Source: Novakomyces olei (taxonomy: Eukaryota). From it: a stretch of DNA of 64,000 bases. The notes under the pieces were generated by a model. It saw nothing but the letters and a program-made list of their open reading frames with translations. It did not search any database and was not told the DNA's origin. Made by a program: the position numbers and the translations under genes. Of the stretch, positions 45,337 to 57,630 are shown in pieces; position 1 is the stretch's first letter; every line of letters begins with the position of its first letter. The stretch is taken from assembly GCA_016906335.1 (NCBI GenBank), contig JADEYG010000015.1:248001-312000 (forward strand), written 5' to 3'.

Positions 45337-47385
45337 ATGGAGCCGACTCAAAGTGCTCCTCCGCCGTCAATTGACGTGGACAGTTTTGATATGGCTCACT
45401 TTGAAATCGGATTTGCGGTTCCTCAGCGGGGCTCAGAGGCCGCCAAGGCTATGGGAAATCGGCCCAATAGTACACTGCTCGTTCCCTCTTCCGAAACACC
45501 CGGCTTGGAACCCGGGTTTCAAGCTCGGAGGCCTTCAGTTTCAACGATCTCTTCCGGCTCTGGCCAGAGTGTCTTTAGTAGTATGAGCGTTCAGCAGCAG
45601 CGGAATAATCACAATATCAGTAACAGTACAAATGGCACAGTTTCAACTCCTGGTTCTGGGATTTCGAATATGTCTGGGACTTCTCCTCGTGCATGTGCAC
45701 CGCTGCCTTTTGTCCCTCAAGAACTTGGTGACCTGGCTAGACCTGTGTCGTATAACACAAACGATTTCTGGCCGCCTAGCATTTCACGACCCTCGGTAGA
45801 GTCATCAGCTGGATCTAATGAAAATAGTGACTCTGCCGTGTCTGATACTTCTTCTGCATCTCACTCAGCTTATATGGACGCTGCCGAAGAGGGAGGAGAA
45901 CTAACCTTACAGGTGGACCTATCGGCCGCCAATTTGTCTGAGACAGGGGACGCCAAAGGACAAGACGGGACACTGAAGGACGCGCAGAAGAGAAAGAATA
46001 AATCTGATGAGAAAAAGATAGACAGGCAAAAAGGAAGGCAAAAGGAAAATGGTAGTGGCATGCGGGCCGCTGATTATAGACAAGTCTTTGATTATGCCAT
46101 TAAACAATTGAATTCTGGCAAAATGGTACCCGGCCGACGAGGCAAGCTGGTGGAAGGTATCAAAATCCTTAAAGGTCTTCATGCAAGACGTATAGCACCA
46201 GCTTCGTATCAGCTAGCCTTGGAAGCGACAATGGGCACCTTTGATGAACCACCTTTCCCTTACTTTTTAATAGCAGCAAAATTGGGCCATTCAAATGCAT
46301 GCTTTGTAGTAGCAAGCGCTTATCTTGACACTACTAGCAAATTCGTGGCTTACAATGAAGAGCAGGCACTAAAATTTCATTTACGTGCAGCCGGCCGTAA
46401 TCACGCCGGGTCTGCTCTCTGGTTAGGTCGGCATTTACTGTACAAAGATCCTCCAGAGGCAGTTAAATGGATGCATGTTGCTTCGCAAAATGCTCGGCCC
46501 AATCTCTTTGTAGAAGCTCCATATGAGCTGGGCTGTTTGTATGAGAAGGGCGTTGTTTCCCCCTCCGTTCTGGCTAAGAACGATGCTCTTGCCATACAAC
46601 ACTGGACTAAATCAGCGGAATTAGGGTACGGCAAAGCTTGTCTTCGAGTAGGCGAAGCCTTTTTAAACGGAAGCTCTGGATGTGTACGTGATAGTACTCG
46701 AGCGTTTTTCTTTTTTGAACTCGGTGCAAATATTGGAGACTGTCCTTGTATTCTGCACTTGTGTGAAATTTATTATTGCGGATCACAAAATATAATGCGA
46801 AACGAAATGTTGGCCTACAGACTAGCGGAAAAGGCGGTTCAACATGGGTCCGTTAAAGCTCTGCACGTAACTGGCTGTTTTATGGTCGACGGAGTGGGAG
46901 CCGATCGTGATCTCGAAGCAGGTCTGGCTCGTATTCGTATGGCTGCTGAACAGCACAATTACGGTCCCTCTATTGAATATATCGAGAAAAAGAAATGGGA
47001 AACAGGAGGCTCAGATGGCAATGAGAGCAGGACGAGTCCTCGGCCCTCTTTACTGAATGGCACACGTACTCGGTCGATGGCGTCCTTATCTGCAGCTCCA
47101 CGACGTGCTTCACAAATTTTAAAGAATTTTTCAGGCCGTTCATTTTCTAGTACTGCTTCAGCTTCAGGTGAAAGTGTTGCTTCAGCTTCACAGCCGCCAG
47201 AGAGCTCATCGTCAGTTACCGAGAAAGCTTCTAAAAATCTGAAACTTGGCAGTGGAGCTAACCGGTTTTCTATGATAAAATTGCCCAAAAAGCTTAATCC
47301 TACCCCTGAAAATGGAGGAAGTGGAACGAACTTGTTACAAAAGAGGGGGACTGATGACAAGGATGGCACATGTACGATAATGTGA
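45337..47385 (+). CDS. Sel1-repeat protein with a C-terminal CaaX box (Chs4/Skt5 chitin-synthase-regulator-like)
   Basis: Several SLR repeats (YELGCLYEKG...A..HWTKSAELGY), Ser-rich termini and the C-terminal CTIM. Confidence 0.75.
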   Translation: MEPTQSAPPPSIDVDSFDMAHFEIGFAVPQRGSEAAKAMGNRPNSTLLVPSSETPGLEPGFQARRPSVSTISSGSGQSVFSSMSVQQQRNNHNISNSTNGTVSTPGSGISNMSGTSPRACAPLPFVPQELGDLARPVSYNTNDFWPPSISRPSVESSAGSNENSDSAVSDTSSASHSAYMDAAEEGGELTLQVDLSAANLSETGDAKGQDGTLKDAQKRKNKSDEKKIDRQKGRQKENGSGMRAADYRQVFDYAIKQLNSGKMVPGRRGKLVEGIKILKGLHARRIAPASYQLALEATMGTFDEPPFPYFLIAAKLGHSNACFVVASAYLDTTSKFVAYNEEQALKFHLRAAGRNHAGSALWLGRHLLYKDPPEAVKWMHVASQNARPNLFVEAPYELGCLYEKGVVSPSVLAKNDALAIQHWTKSAELGYGKACLRVGEAFLNGSSGCVRDSTRAFFFFELGANIGDCPCILHLCEIYYCGSQNIMRNEMLAYRLAEKAVQHGSVKALHVTGCFMVDGVGADRDLEAGLARIRMAAEQHNYGPSIEYIEKKKWETGGSDGNESRTSPRPSLLNGTRTRSMASLSAAPRRASQILKNFSGRSFSSTASASGESVASASQPPESSSSVTEKASKNLKLGSGANRFSMIKLPKKLNPTPENGGSGTNLLQKRGTDDKDGTCTIM

Positions 47386-47864
47386 TTGAAGGAAATAGTC
47401 TAAATGTTGTTTTGATTACCATTTCTATTTTTATTTCTATTGCTCCATTTTTCGTTTCTTTATCTATAATCTCTCGAAATTTTCTTCCCGCGCTCTGGCA
47501 TATACATCGTGACATTGTTACGGTTCTGTTGAAGTGCCACTAAACTGGTGTTTACACTTTATGTTGTTTAATGAGGACAAGGTTAATTAGTATGGTGCAG
47601 TATTTGCAGCAGTTTTGAATTGATTGATGAATTTGTAGGTTTTTTTCTATATACAAAAAGTAAATAATTAGATTCGCTCACTATTAACGATATAATTAAT
47701 TCTTCGCTGGCTTATTTTCTTGATATAGATCTAGGGTTAGGGTTTATTTTAAAATTTAGAAATAATGCTATGTATCGACGTAGGATTAATGAACTAATTA
47801 TTCATTTATCGATATCGTCTTTGATTTTATTTTAGCCAGATTTGTACGCGTACATCTGGCATCA

Positions 47865-48943
47865 ATGCATTTTGAATCAATTGCAGACGCTGGAGACTCT
47901 GTACGGCGACTGCTTCAGGCACAGCTACAGCCACAGGTTGTGGAAGGAATATATCGTGCAAGTTTCATGCTTGCGTGCCTTTTACTGCCGGCTGATTATG
48001 AGATTCACGCACGGGAAGTTGACGAGAAAGAAATAGCGCGTATTTGCCGCGTTGAAGGCGACATTGAAGGGTTTACGTCTTTAAAAGAGTTTCTCGCTCT
48101 ACAGCAAGATCTAGACAGCAATTGTATCCTCTTTGTTTGATTTATTCTTATTTATTTATCTATTTGTTTCTTTTTTAGGATTTGCTTTTTGTTCTTGCTC
48201 TGTTTCTTTCAATGCTTGGAGGCACAATTCCATTGCTTTCTATCAACCCGCATTCAGCTGCTAATCTGTAGGGGTTTCATTGTTAATGGGGGCTTTGATA
48301 AAATTGCAGGAGCACAATCTTGGTATTAATTCTCACAACAGCCCCTTTTATGATACTGACCTTGTCAGACGCACCAGCTGTGAAGGCAATGTGCTGCTGT
48401 CTTGAAGTCGTTCAGTCTCTCGTGCTTTTACACTCCGAATCAAAACGACTATACGCTTCGGAAATGCCATTGACGACGCTATTAGATCTTTTAAATCCTG
48501 ATTATGACGAGACAATAATGTTTGCGGTGCTACATACACTGATTTGCGTGCTTACTGATAGCAGCGAGAATCTACGGGTGAGATGAAATAATAAAGTATT
48601 CTTAGTTTTAAACAACTTATTGCAGATGTTTGAATCGCTTTCAGGAGTATCTACTGTCGCCTATTTGTTACAACGTAAAGACGTCCCGGAAAGTGTCAAG
48701 TATCCCATTATTTAGCAATGACATTTCTAACAAAAAAGGTTTAAAGTTACAGAATTTTTCTATTTCTACCTCTACCCGGAGACACTTTTCCCCTCGAACG
48801 CTCAACCGGGTGCTATATATATACGCGATACAGCACACAAGGAACGTTTACTTGGAAAGGTTGTAAAAAATGTGGCAATGCTGCGTGAAAACCTGCATCG
48901 CTTTCAACCGTTTGGCCATCTTCCTGCTTCAGAGTTACTTTGA
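47865..48943 (+). CDS. cdc14: SIN component cell division protein Cdc14 (fission-yeast type, not the phosphatase), 5 exons
   Basis: The spliced product has EFLALQ..DSN, LLDLL, ENLRMFESLSGVSTV, KVTEFFYFYLYPE and KERLLGKVVKNV..L.ENL..FQPFG, matching my recollection of the fungal CDC14 SIN family. Introns at 48124-48271, 48322-48368, 48578-48625 and 48700-48738. Confidence 0.78.
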
Positions 48944-48998
48944 AGTTCAAATGATCAAGAAAATTTTGGGAAAATCCGACTATGCGCACAGGAGCAAA

Positions 48999-49333
48999 TC
49001 ACACGCCACTATATTGTGGGATATGATGTTCCGCGCTTGAAGATTAGCACAAATTCAGGATTTTTTGGTGACTTACGTCTCGTGCCGGTCGTTAACAAAA
49101 CTCCAATCCTGCAAATCGTTCTCAAGAACGTGTCCTCGTGCTTCAGCACGATCCGTTACGACGCTTACTGATCCCGTAGGCTCATCGAGATCCAGTATAG
49201 CCGGGTATACGTACGGCATAATCATAGGGCCTCGTGTCCCAATGACTACGAGGTTCACATAATTGTACCCAGGTTTTATAGGGCAAGGTACAGGTGGCGA
49301 TACCATGACCTTTGGTATTAGATAAATTAAGAA

Positions 49334-49373
<40 letters not shown>

Positions 49374-49805
49374 CAATTAATGAAAACAGCTTAAAATTAT
49401 TACCTGCCGGACAAGGACGAATTTGAACGTAGTGGCCACCTCAACACGATTAACAAGCCTAACCTGTGGAGCACCATCGCCAGAATGTGTTGGATTAGAT
49501 GGCAAATCTATACGTATAGCACAATTTTTAACTCGTTCTGTACGCACGACGGCTCCCGTGGCTGAATTGTGTCAATAATTGATTCCGATATTATCCTGAA
49601 TTGATCTTGAAACCCTCCTTATCCTGATCGTATTCCTTCTAATTACTCCCTACCTTTTAATCTAGCCTTTCTAATCAGTTTGCCATTCTGTTGGATAATT
49701 GCTTACCAGCTCATGTGCCAATTGCTTGTCTGTCCAATCTTTGATTTGCCGTTTAAGTGTTTCATCATCGTGCGGACTAAACTGCACTTGCCTCTGAAGA
49801 GACAT
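48999..49805 (-). CDS. Uncharacterised multi-exon protein (5' exon structure uncertain)
   Basis: Clean introns near the 3' end (GTAATA..CTAATACCAAAG and GTAAGT..GCTAATTCTTCAAG) join open frames ending ...HIPQYSGV*. The ATG at 49805 opens a 33-codon exon ending at a GTAAGC donor. Confidence 0.5.
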
Positions 49806-50494
49806 CAAATGCTGCTTTTATTTTAATCGTGTTTTAGACCAGAGTGACAATGGTGCAAATAATATATAGCGTCAGCAATAAAATGCAGAAAGTGCAACTT
49901 TTACACAATGCTAATTAGCTTACGAGTAACTATTAATGTTTTCCAGTACGATTTATAACGGTGTTGGACCCAGATTAATGTGGAATATTAGTCTGTATAA
50001 GAGTGGAGGCCACCATAGACTATTAATCATAGGGACGAGAAACCTGAGCAGCATTGGTGCAGAATTAGAGCCGTGCCCATACATACATGTTCAATTAATA
50101 CACTGAAAATACAGCAATTCAGCCCGAGCAACATTAGAATCAGTAATAGTGTACACTAGCTTTGACCCTTTTTTCAAACATTACTCCAGTCTAAAGTAGG
50201 GCGCTCAGTAAAAGTATAAAGTGATAGATAGATAGTCTGAGACCCCACCAAATAGTGCGAAAAAGTTACCCTTACACTCACACACACGCTGTGCTATACA
50301 TTACGATAATTATATACAACATTAACGTTGCACTGTCCTCCTCCCTTATCCATACAATACTCGTCATTCTCATAGTAATTGCCACTTTTGCTTTGCTCGA
50401 CCGGGAGCGATTGGGCAAGCAAGCACTTGAGCCTCCGGACCATTGTTCGATGGTGCAATCCCAAATATTGGCGTAGACGACGCCCGAGATTTAG

Positions 50495-52633
50495 ATGGAC
50501 AAATGGAAAAACCTGCTACTCCGCAACCGTGATCTCGTGCTTACAATCCTTAATGTTTCTCCAACACGACGGGACGCTCAATCGTACCTGCAACGCTACT
50601 CTGCTCTACTTGACCGGCCGCAGCAGCAAAGTGCAATTCGGCGGGAAATACTACGTGAAACGGAAGTGAGCCAAGACGACGATGGAAAGGGCTGGCCGAC
50701 TCAAACCTGGAGGGAGCCTTTAACAGGCGATGAGAAAAGACCGGTCAATGAATCTGCCAGTCAGGCGTCGAGCGATACTCTACCCGCTCACTCAAAATTG
50801 CCTACGAATCTCGGCTCAGGCCGAGGACTGGACCATCGAATTGCTCTGATCCGGTACCCGGACCTTCCACAAGGCTCAGAGATCGCTGCTGGACTTGCCC
50901 GGACAGTGCGAAAACTGTCTCGGTTAGGATTGAACTGTGTAATCGTTCCCAGCCGGCAAGGACTGCTGACTGTGGACGGAGCAGTAGAACGAGCAAATGA
51001 AATTGCCGCTACTTTAGAGCAAGAGGGAGTCAAAGCCCGACCGTTAGTCGACAGTTCCTTGCAGGTGGTCACGAACATTAGTCAGAAAGAAATCAAGGAG
51101 GAGTCCAGCACAAAGGACCAGGCCACTGCTCGGTCTCGCTACTCGGACTTCTCTATTAATTCAATCACCAGCAAGGCTAAACTTGCAAGTTCTTCCCTCG
51201 ATCAGCTCTCCTCCCCGCCTCGCTCTGAGTCTTCTACTTTTGCACCGTCATCATCATCATCATCCTCTTCTTCTTCTTTATTATCCTATGTAAAACTGAG
51301 TCTGGGCAAGTATATAATTGCGCCTTCGCTTCGCGGTGAAACTGTGATTGTTCCGCCCATTGCGGTCGACGCGACACGACGCGTCCTCGTTGACGCTGAT
51401 GATGTCATTTACGCAATCACCCAAAAGTTGTCCTTTTTACAGCGGCAGCTGCCGCTGCAAGATCTGTTGCGGTTGAATGTGGACAAAATAATCCTGCTTG
51501 ATCATCGGGGCGGATTGCCCTCAAGAGCCCGTCAGTTGCATTCTCATGTATTTGTAAATATTAGGCAGGAGTACGCTTCTCTATGCAAGGAACTCGGGGC
51601 CGGGCAGCCTCCAGAGCATTTGGCGAACTTACAGTTAACACGGGCCTGCCTAGCTCTGTTGCCTTCAACAAGTGCAGCAATAATAACGTCACCTCAGGCT
51701 GCTGCCAGTGACGCGAGGCCCACCAAACCCAACTCTGTGATTGCTAATGTTATTACGAATAAACCGCTGTTCTCTGCGTCACTGCCAGTCGGCGATGAGC
51801 GTACGCCCACAACAAACACCACCGTCCTCTTGCTGGGGCAGCCGGTACGGACTGTCTTTGGACGGGATGCTCTTTGCGAGGATGGAGCCTTAAATACTCG
51901 TAGGCTTTTTGATCTGATTGACAATAGTTTTGGACGCCAATTAAACCGCGATCGGTACCTGGAAAGGCTGCGGAACACGCTATGGTTTGTCGTTGTTATT
52001 GGCGATTACGATGGATGCGCTATTGTTACCAGGGAAACTGGGAATCTGCACAATCAAGAGGCGCCACATGCACCCGTACCTTACTTGGACAAGTTTGCTG
52101 TGCTGCGATCTCGCCAGGGCGAAAGCGGGATTGCCGATGTCGTGTTTAATGCAATGATGACAGCGTGTAACGGGGAGCTCGTATGGAGATCTCGGGCGAC
52201 CAATCCCGTAAATAAATGGGTAAGTTTTAAGGAGAGAATAGGCTTAAACGCTAGAGTTGAATAATTACAAAATTTACGAGTCACCAGACTATTTGTTTAT
52301 TTATTATTTATGTCTAGGTTTTTTTTTCTGATTTCGTATTGTGGGATGGCTCACGTATTATCGGTGGCGCGTACCTTGGCCTGGATACGCATGCTTTTGT
52401 CTCCATATTTTGCTGTTTTTCGTTTTACCGTACTTTACTCTCTCTTGAACAAAAGCCAAGTAGTATTTCAGTGCTAACTCTAGTACTTTGATCGGAGCGC
52501 GGGGTCTAGTAAAGTCCCGGATACACACTGGCGAATGTTTTGGACAGGCCCGGAGCCGGATACTGCTCGGCTGACTGATTACATGGCAGTGTGCCGGGCA
52601 ACAAACTCGTGCTGGCAGCCAGTCACGACTTGA
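50495..52633 (+). CDS. ARG2: Amino-acid N-acetyltransferase (N-acetylglutamate synthase), 2 exons
   Basis: ILNVSPTRRDAQSYL, GGLPS..HSHVFVNIRQEY, NVITNKPLFSASLP, LIDNSFGR and YLDKFAV..GIADVVFN..WRSR..NPVNKW|YFDRS. Intron at 52220-52483. Confidence 0.9.
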
Positions 52634-53359
52634 TTAAGGCGGCAGCAAACAAAAATTAATGAGAAACGATGCATTCAGAGATGAAAACGGATCGACAGAA
52701 AAGAACAGCGGTGTTTACGCGTTTGTTCAGAGTAAATTGAGAAATAAATTGAGAAATAAATAGGGAATAGAAAATGGGTAGAGTGACGGCAGTCTCGTAA
52801 ACGTTCTCACAAATGTATCAAAACGCCAAAGTCCGAATTCAATATCACTAAAACACCTTGGTCCCTACAATTCCCACCAATCGAAAAAGCAAAGCCATTT
52901 TACAACGTAATTTAAAGAAAGAGCGTCGGAAGCATACGAGGTTTAGTAGATGTGTCGAAATTTAACGTGTTTATATCAAGGATTGTACGATTTTTGAATA
53001 GGTTATACAGTACGCAGCTACAAAAGCAAATACAATACAAAGACAAGAGCAGTACGCAAAAGAACAAGATTAATAGAACACTTTATGGAACGACAGTTGA
53101 TAGAACACTTTATAGACCATATTTATTAAAAGAACAAATAAGAATAAAGTAAAAGAACAAGTAAAGACAGCAATAAATATACGTCTATAGTCTATATGAG
53201 TCTAAACGTCTAAACGTCTATAGTCTATAGTATACGTCTCGGCAATCTCTAATCGTACATACCAACACTGATCTACCAAGTAACCAACAAGGCACGTGAC
53301 GAGAGTAAACACGGGAGCGCGATACGCGCAAAACAGCCCACTGAGCCGCGGCGCTAAAA

Positions 53360-53722
53360 ATGGCGGGAATTCTAAGGCGAATGTCGTCTGAGGTGTCGCT
53401 CTTTGAGCATACACGGCCGCGGCCGAATGCAGGCGACGATCTTAAGCAGAATCGAGTCGCTGTCCGATCGTGCTCTGACTCTGTACCGCGCCGGCGGCTG
53501 CAGAGCAAGCTGAGCTACAGCAGCCTTCGCGGCCGCTATTCTGCCGCCACTGCCGCCACTGTGCCAAGGCAGGGTATCTGCGACCGCGAAGGTGACTACT
53601 CCAAGTACGTCGTCTGCCCGGGCTGGAGAATGGACGGCAACCAGCAGCCAATGCCGGCTATGGTCTGGTGCACTTCGCCTCCTCGGCCCGTCGGGTTTAT
53701 GCTGCAGACACTGCAAAAGTGA
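53360..53722 (+). CDS. Small hypothetical protein (120 aa)
   Basis: GC-rich island within AT-rich flanks, strong AAAAATGG start context, upstream CACGTGAC motif. No recognisable domain. Confidence 0.4.
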   Translation: MAGILRRMSSEVSLFEHTRPRPNAGDDLKQNRVAVRSCSDSVPRRRLQSKLSYSSLRGRYSAATAATVPRQGICDREGDYSKYVVCPGWRMDGNQQPMPAMVWCTSPPRPVGFMLQTLQK

Positions 53723-53756
53723 CGATATGCCTGTTGGCTTTGAAAGCTCAGACCAG

Positions 53757-53905
53757 TTTGGAGGAGTTTGGAGAAATTTGGCAAATTTTGGAGCAATTTT
53801 GGAGAAAATTTGGATAAAATCTGAGGGAATTTAACAGTTTGGAGGAATTTGGACAAATCTTGGAGGAATTTAGCAGTTTGAAGCGTTCAGAGGGAATTTT
53901 GGAGC
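53757..53905. repeat. Degenerate 10-11 bp minisatellite (TTTGGAGRAA)
   Basis: More than ten variants such as tttggaggag, tttggagaaa and tttggacaaa occur in tandem. Confidence 0.7.
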
Positions 53906-54177
53906 GGGTATTTGATTGCATACTGTGGTACTGTGCTGGCCATTGCTGTTTGCTGCAGACTATTCGACATAATGGCTTGAAAACTGGGCATTTAGACACG
54001 CTTGCCGTCCAAGAAAGACTTGCGATTTCGGGTTCTTGCCATTTACTAGTCGTTTACGTCATTTCTCGGGCCTATATTTTATTAATGCTAACGGATTTAA
54101 TGATTATTTGTAGACAATCTAAATTATCTTCGTTTTGTCAATATTCAATCCCCTTTCCTGCAAATTTATACGTAATG

Positions 54178-55386
54178 TTAGCTTGGCCTTGATCTGTGCC
54201 GGCCTGCAGTATTGCTATCTGCTGGCGATCGTGACCGTGAGGGAGATCGCCGTCGTCTGACAGGTTCGCGTCTTCCATAATCGTCTCTGTCATAATCAAA
54301 AGAGCGGCTTTCCCGGGGCCGACCTGATGGCCCATTCTTTCGATCCGATTCTGTTTCGCGTCGGCTGCGATGCGCTTTTCTACCAGCATCTGTTTCATAG
54401 TCATCCCGTCTAGATCTATCCCGCCCAGACCGGTCTCGGTCCGAATGCATTTCCCTTCTATCATAGTACGCGCCGTCTTTTCTTTCTGAATGATGCCGAT
54501 GCCGATGATGGTTTCGGTGCGGTCGATGATGCCTTGGCCGATTGTGATCATTGCCGTTATGATCAGGACTGTGCCTTGACTCTTTACGTGTATCTGGAGT
54601 TTGTCTGCTTTTTGTATCATCTACCCGGGATTCCTGTTGCAATTCATCGAATGGTCGTTCCTGCGCCAAAGTCTCCGCCTCAAGCCTATTTCCGCCGTGC
54701 AGCTGTGGACGATAATCTGTATCCTCATCTCCCTCTCTGCCGCGAAGAGCTTCATCTAATTCTTTCTTTGACACTGTTGAAGTCTGCCGGCGTTCGACTT
54801 TGTAGCCCCTGCGGAATTAGATTGCAAGAGCGTATACTTTAAAGGACAAAATTAGGCAAAATGCAAATGAAAACCAAAAAAATAAATAAATAAATAAAAT
54901 AATTAATTTAACAAACAAGATGAATAGACAAACAAAAAATTAGCTGGGTATAGACTGAAGAATAATAGCAAAGACGAAAATTAGCAAAACCTCGAGAACG
55001 ATCAAGCAAAACTACACCAAAAAAGTAAGAGATATATATATATATATATCAAACATAAAATACAAATTCAAAAGAAAGCTTACAATGCCTCTGCTAATGC
55101 ATCCTTCTCTGCTTCTTTTACGCGGCGCAGTTCCTCTTGTCGCTCTTCTTCCGCAGAGCTTGAAGCGCCTTTGCCCTTGCTCCACCATTGCATATCACGT
55201 CCCTTTGCCCATCGTCCCGCCTGAAATTAGTCTCATTCAGCAATGGCAAAAGTAGCTCACCGGCGCATGCAGTGAGTAGCCGAGGTACCGCTCTCGCTGC
55301 TTGTCATTCTGGACTTGCTCCCATGAAAATTCGGCTTGGCCTCCGCGTGTGCCCCCGCGTATCGGCCCACGCTGGTAGATGCTCAT
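54178..55386 (-). CDS. MMtag-domain (multiple myeloma tumor-associated protein 2-like) protein with an RS/RD-rich tail, 3 exons
   Basis: The spliced N-terminus reads [63 protein letters not shown]. The C-terminus contains [11 protein letters not shown]. Confidence 0.85.
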
Positions 55387-56015
55387 CTTGCCAAACGCTC
55401 TTGTCTGTTTAATCGATCAACAACGCAAAAATGTATGGCGATAGTGCGCCAACGTAATATTCACACTATATTTATAACGAATAAAATTGAATAAATTGTG
55501 GATAATATGTGCATAATGTAATTTATTATGAAGCGTAAAAATAAGCGTCCAACATACAAAAACTCGATACGGATAACGGTTGAGCGAGAAAAGGTAAAAT
55601 ATAGATAAAAAGAAATAGTTGCGAAATAGTGCAAATAATTGTATATGATTTTACTGTGGGCATAATATTATCCATACTGTATCCATACTGTATCCATATT
55701 ATATTCATTGTATATCCATAGTATGTAATATATATAAATTGACAAAATTTTCTTTAGTGCCTTTTGTACAAAGGCTCATCGACCGAAAGCGCACACCGGT
55801 ACTCGGGCAACGTGCGAAAACGACGGTTTGCTGTGACGGGAAATCACTGCAGAAACAATATAGGATATTTTTCTGCACTGAATTTGGCCTAATTTTCGTC
55901 TTTGCGGGTCGTAATTGCTGAGAGATCACTCGTACTGGTCGGGCTATTATCTTTTTGATTTCTTTTGCTGCCAACTGGGAGGGAAAAGTTATATCGACAC
56001 TAGGCACACTTCGCT

Positions 56016-57434
56016 ATGGCTACGGAAAAGTCCTGGGGAGGCGCCACTGAAAGATCGTGGGGCGGTCTTCCTTTCGCCTCTAGCGTCACTGAGGCAGTAG
56101 ACGCCTTTCGCAGTTTCCGAGCTTCACTCGATTTGCCTAACCCTGGATCTGCGGAGCAAGTAGGCGCTGAAGTATCGCGCAATATTCTTACGGGCAATGT
56201 CGCTTTTACGGGGTTGCGTGCCGAGATTGCCAAAGCGTTCAACACTAATCCTTACTTTACTACATCTCATTCGTTCTCATCTGGTAGCCAAATAACACCG
56301 CCTTACCAGTTTCAGACTATGTTTGGCTCGGACAGGGTGAGTTGCCTCTATTGCGTTTTGTTTATACATTTGAATTGAATTTTTTTTTTTCAAACCTTTT
56401 TTAATTTCTTGTTGTTTTTTTATAATTTTTATATTATTTATATTATTTACGCTTCCAGTAAAAAACTGGAAGACTTGTTGTCTTCATTTTTGGTCTTAAC
56501 TTGATCCTTTGTTTTTAATTCTGTTGATTTATATTGTATTTCTGTTCGTTATTCCAATTCACAATTGCCTAATACCTTACTTTGAATCTAACAAATAGCT
56601 TTTCCTCCGTGGCGCTATCGACAATGAAGGTATTGGACAGGGCATGCTTAATGTAGCTTGGGCTCCTTTCTCAATCACAAAAGTGCAGACCCAACTTTCC
56701 CGGGGCTCAGCGCCCTCTATGCTGCAGATTGAGCACGATTTCAGCGGTCTGGATTATTCATGGAACTTGAAGGCAATGAATCCCAATATTACTGAAGGTC
56801 TGACCGGTATTTTCATGGGCAGTTACATGCAATCAATCACAAAACAATTTGCTCTTGGACTCGAAGCTGTCTGGCAGAAGCCTTCTCCTGCTATTGGCCC
56901 AGAGGACGCTTCACTCAGTTATATTGCACGCTATAATGCTGGCCCATGGATTGCCAGTGGACATTTCTCTTCTATTGAAAACAAGTTAACTGCCACATTT
57001 TGGCGCAAGATTGCGGACAATATTGAAGCCGGCGTGGAGGCACAATTGACACCCAACGCGGCTGCCGCCATGGGCGGGCCCATGATGACTGCTGCTGCTC
57101 AAGGCCGCGACTGCATCACCAGCATTGGTGCAAAATACGATTTCCGTCAAGGCTCGTTCCGAGGCCAAATCGATAGCCATGGCCGGGTAGCTACATTCTA
57201 TGAAAAGCATCTTAATGGACCTTTTACCATTAGCTTCTGGGGCGAGTTGGACCATTTTAAGAATGCCGTGAAAAGTGAGTTTTATAATATGGCGTTTATT
57301 GTTTAAATTATGATTATAATATAAACTAATAAATAGTGGGTTTGGGTCTTTCAGTGGAAATGGCGGGAACTGATGAGATGATGGCACAGCAGGCACAGGC
57401 CATGCAACAAGCGCAAATGCAAGCTATGCAGTAA
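56016..57434 (+). CDS. TOM40: Mitochondrial import channel Tom40, 3 exons
   Basis: LPNPGSAE, FTGLRAEIAK, NPYFTTSHSF, LQIEHDFSGLDYS and GAKYDFRQ.SFRGQIDS. Introns at 56337-56598 and 57275-57336. Confidence 0.95.
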
Positions 57435-57630
57435 TTAGATTATGCACGACTGTAATATGATACTTTTAGCCGTTTGAGCTGCACAGACAGATGTACCGTA
57501 ATTATGTGATTCTAACGATAGTAATAATTATGATAATGATTCACAAACCTATTAACAATAACATATATATTAATATATTTATTTGTTTATTTATTTATTT
57601 ATAATTCATTAGTCATAGATTATATACAAA

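Noticed and set aside
42049..47385. GGPP synthase next to a CaaX protein considered as a terpene or prenylation gene cluster
   Set aside because: There is no cyclase, P450 or prenyltransferase nearby, and CTIM predicts farnesylation rather than geranylgeranylation. The adjacency is probably coincidental.
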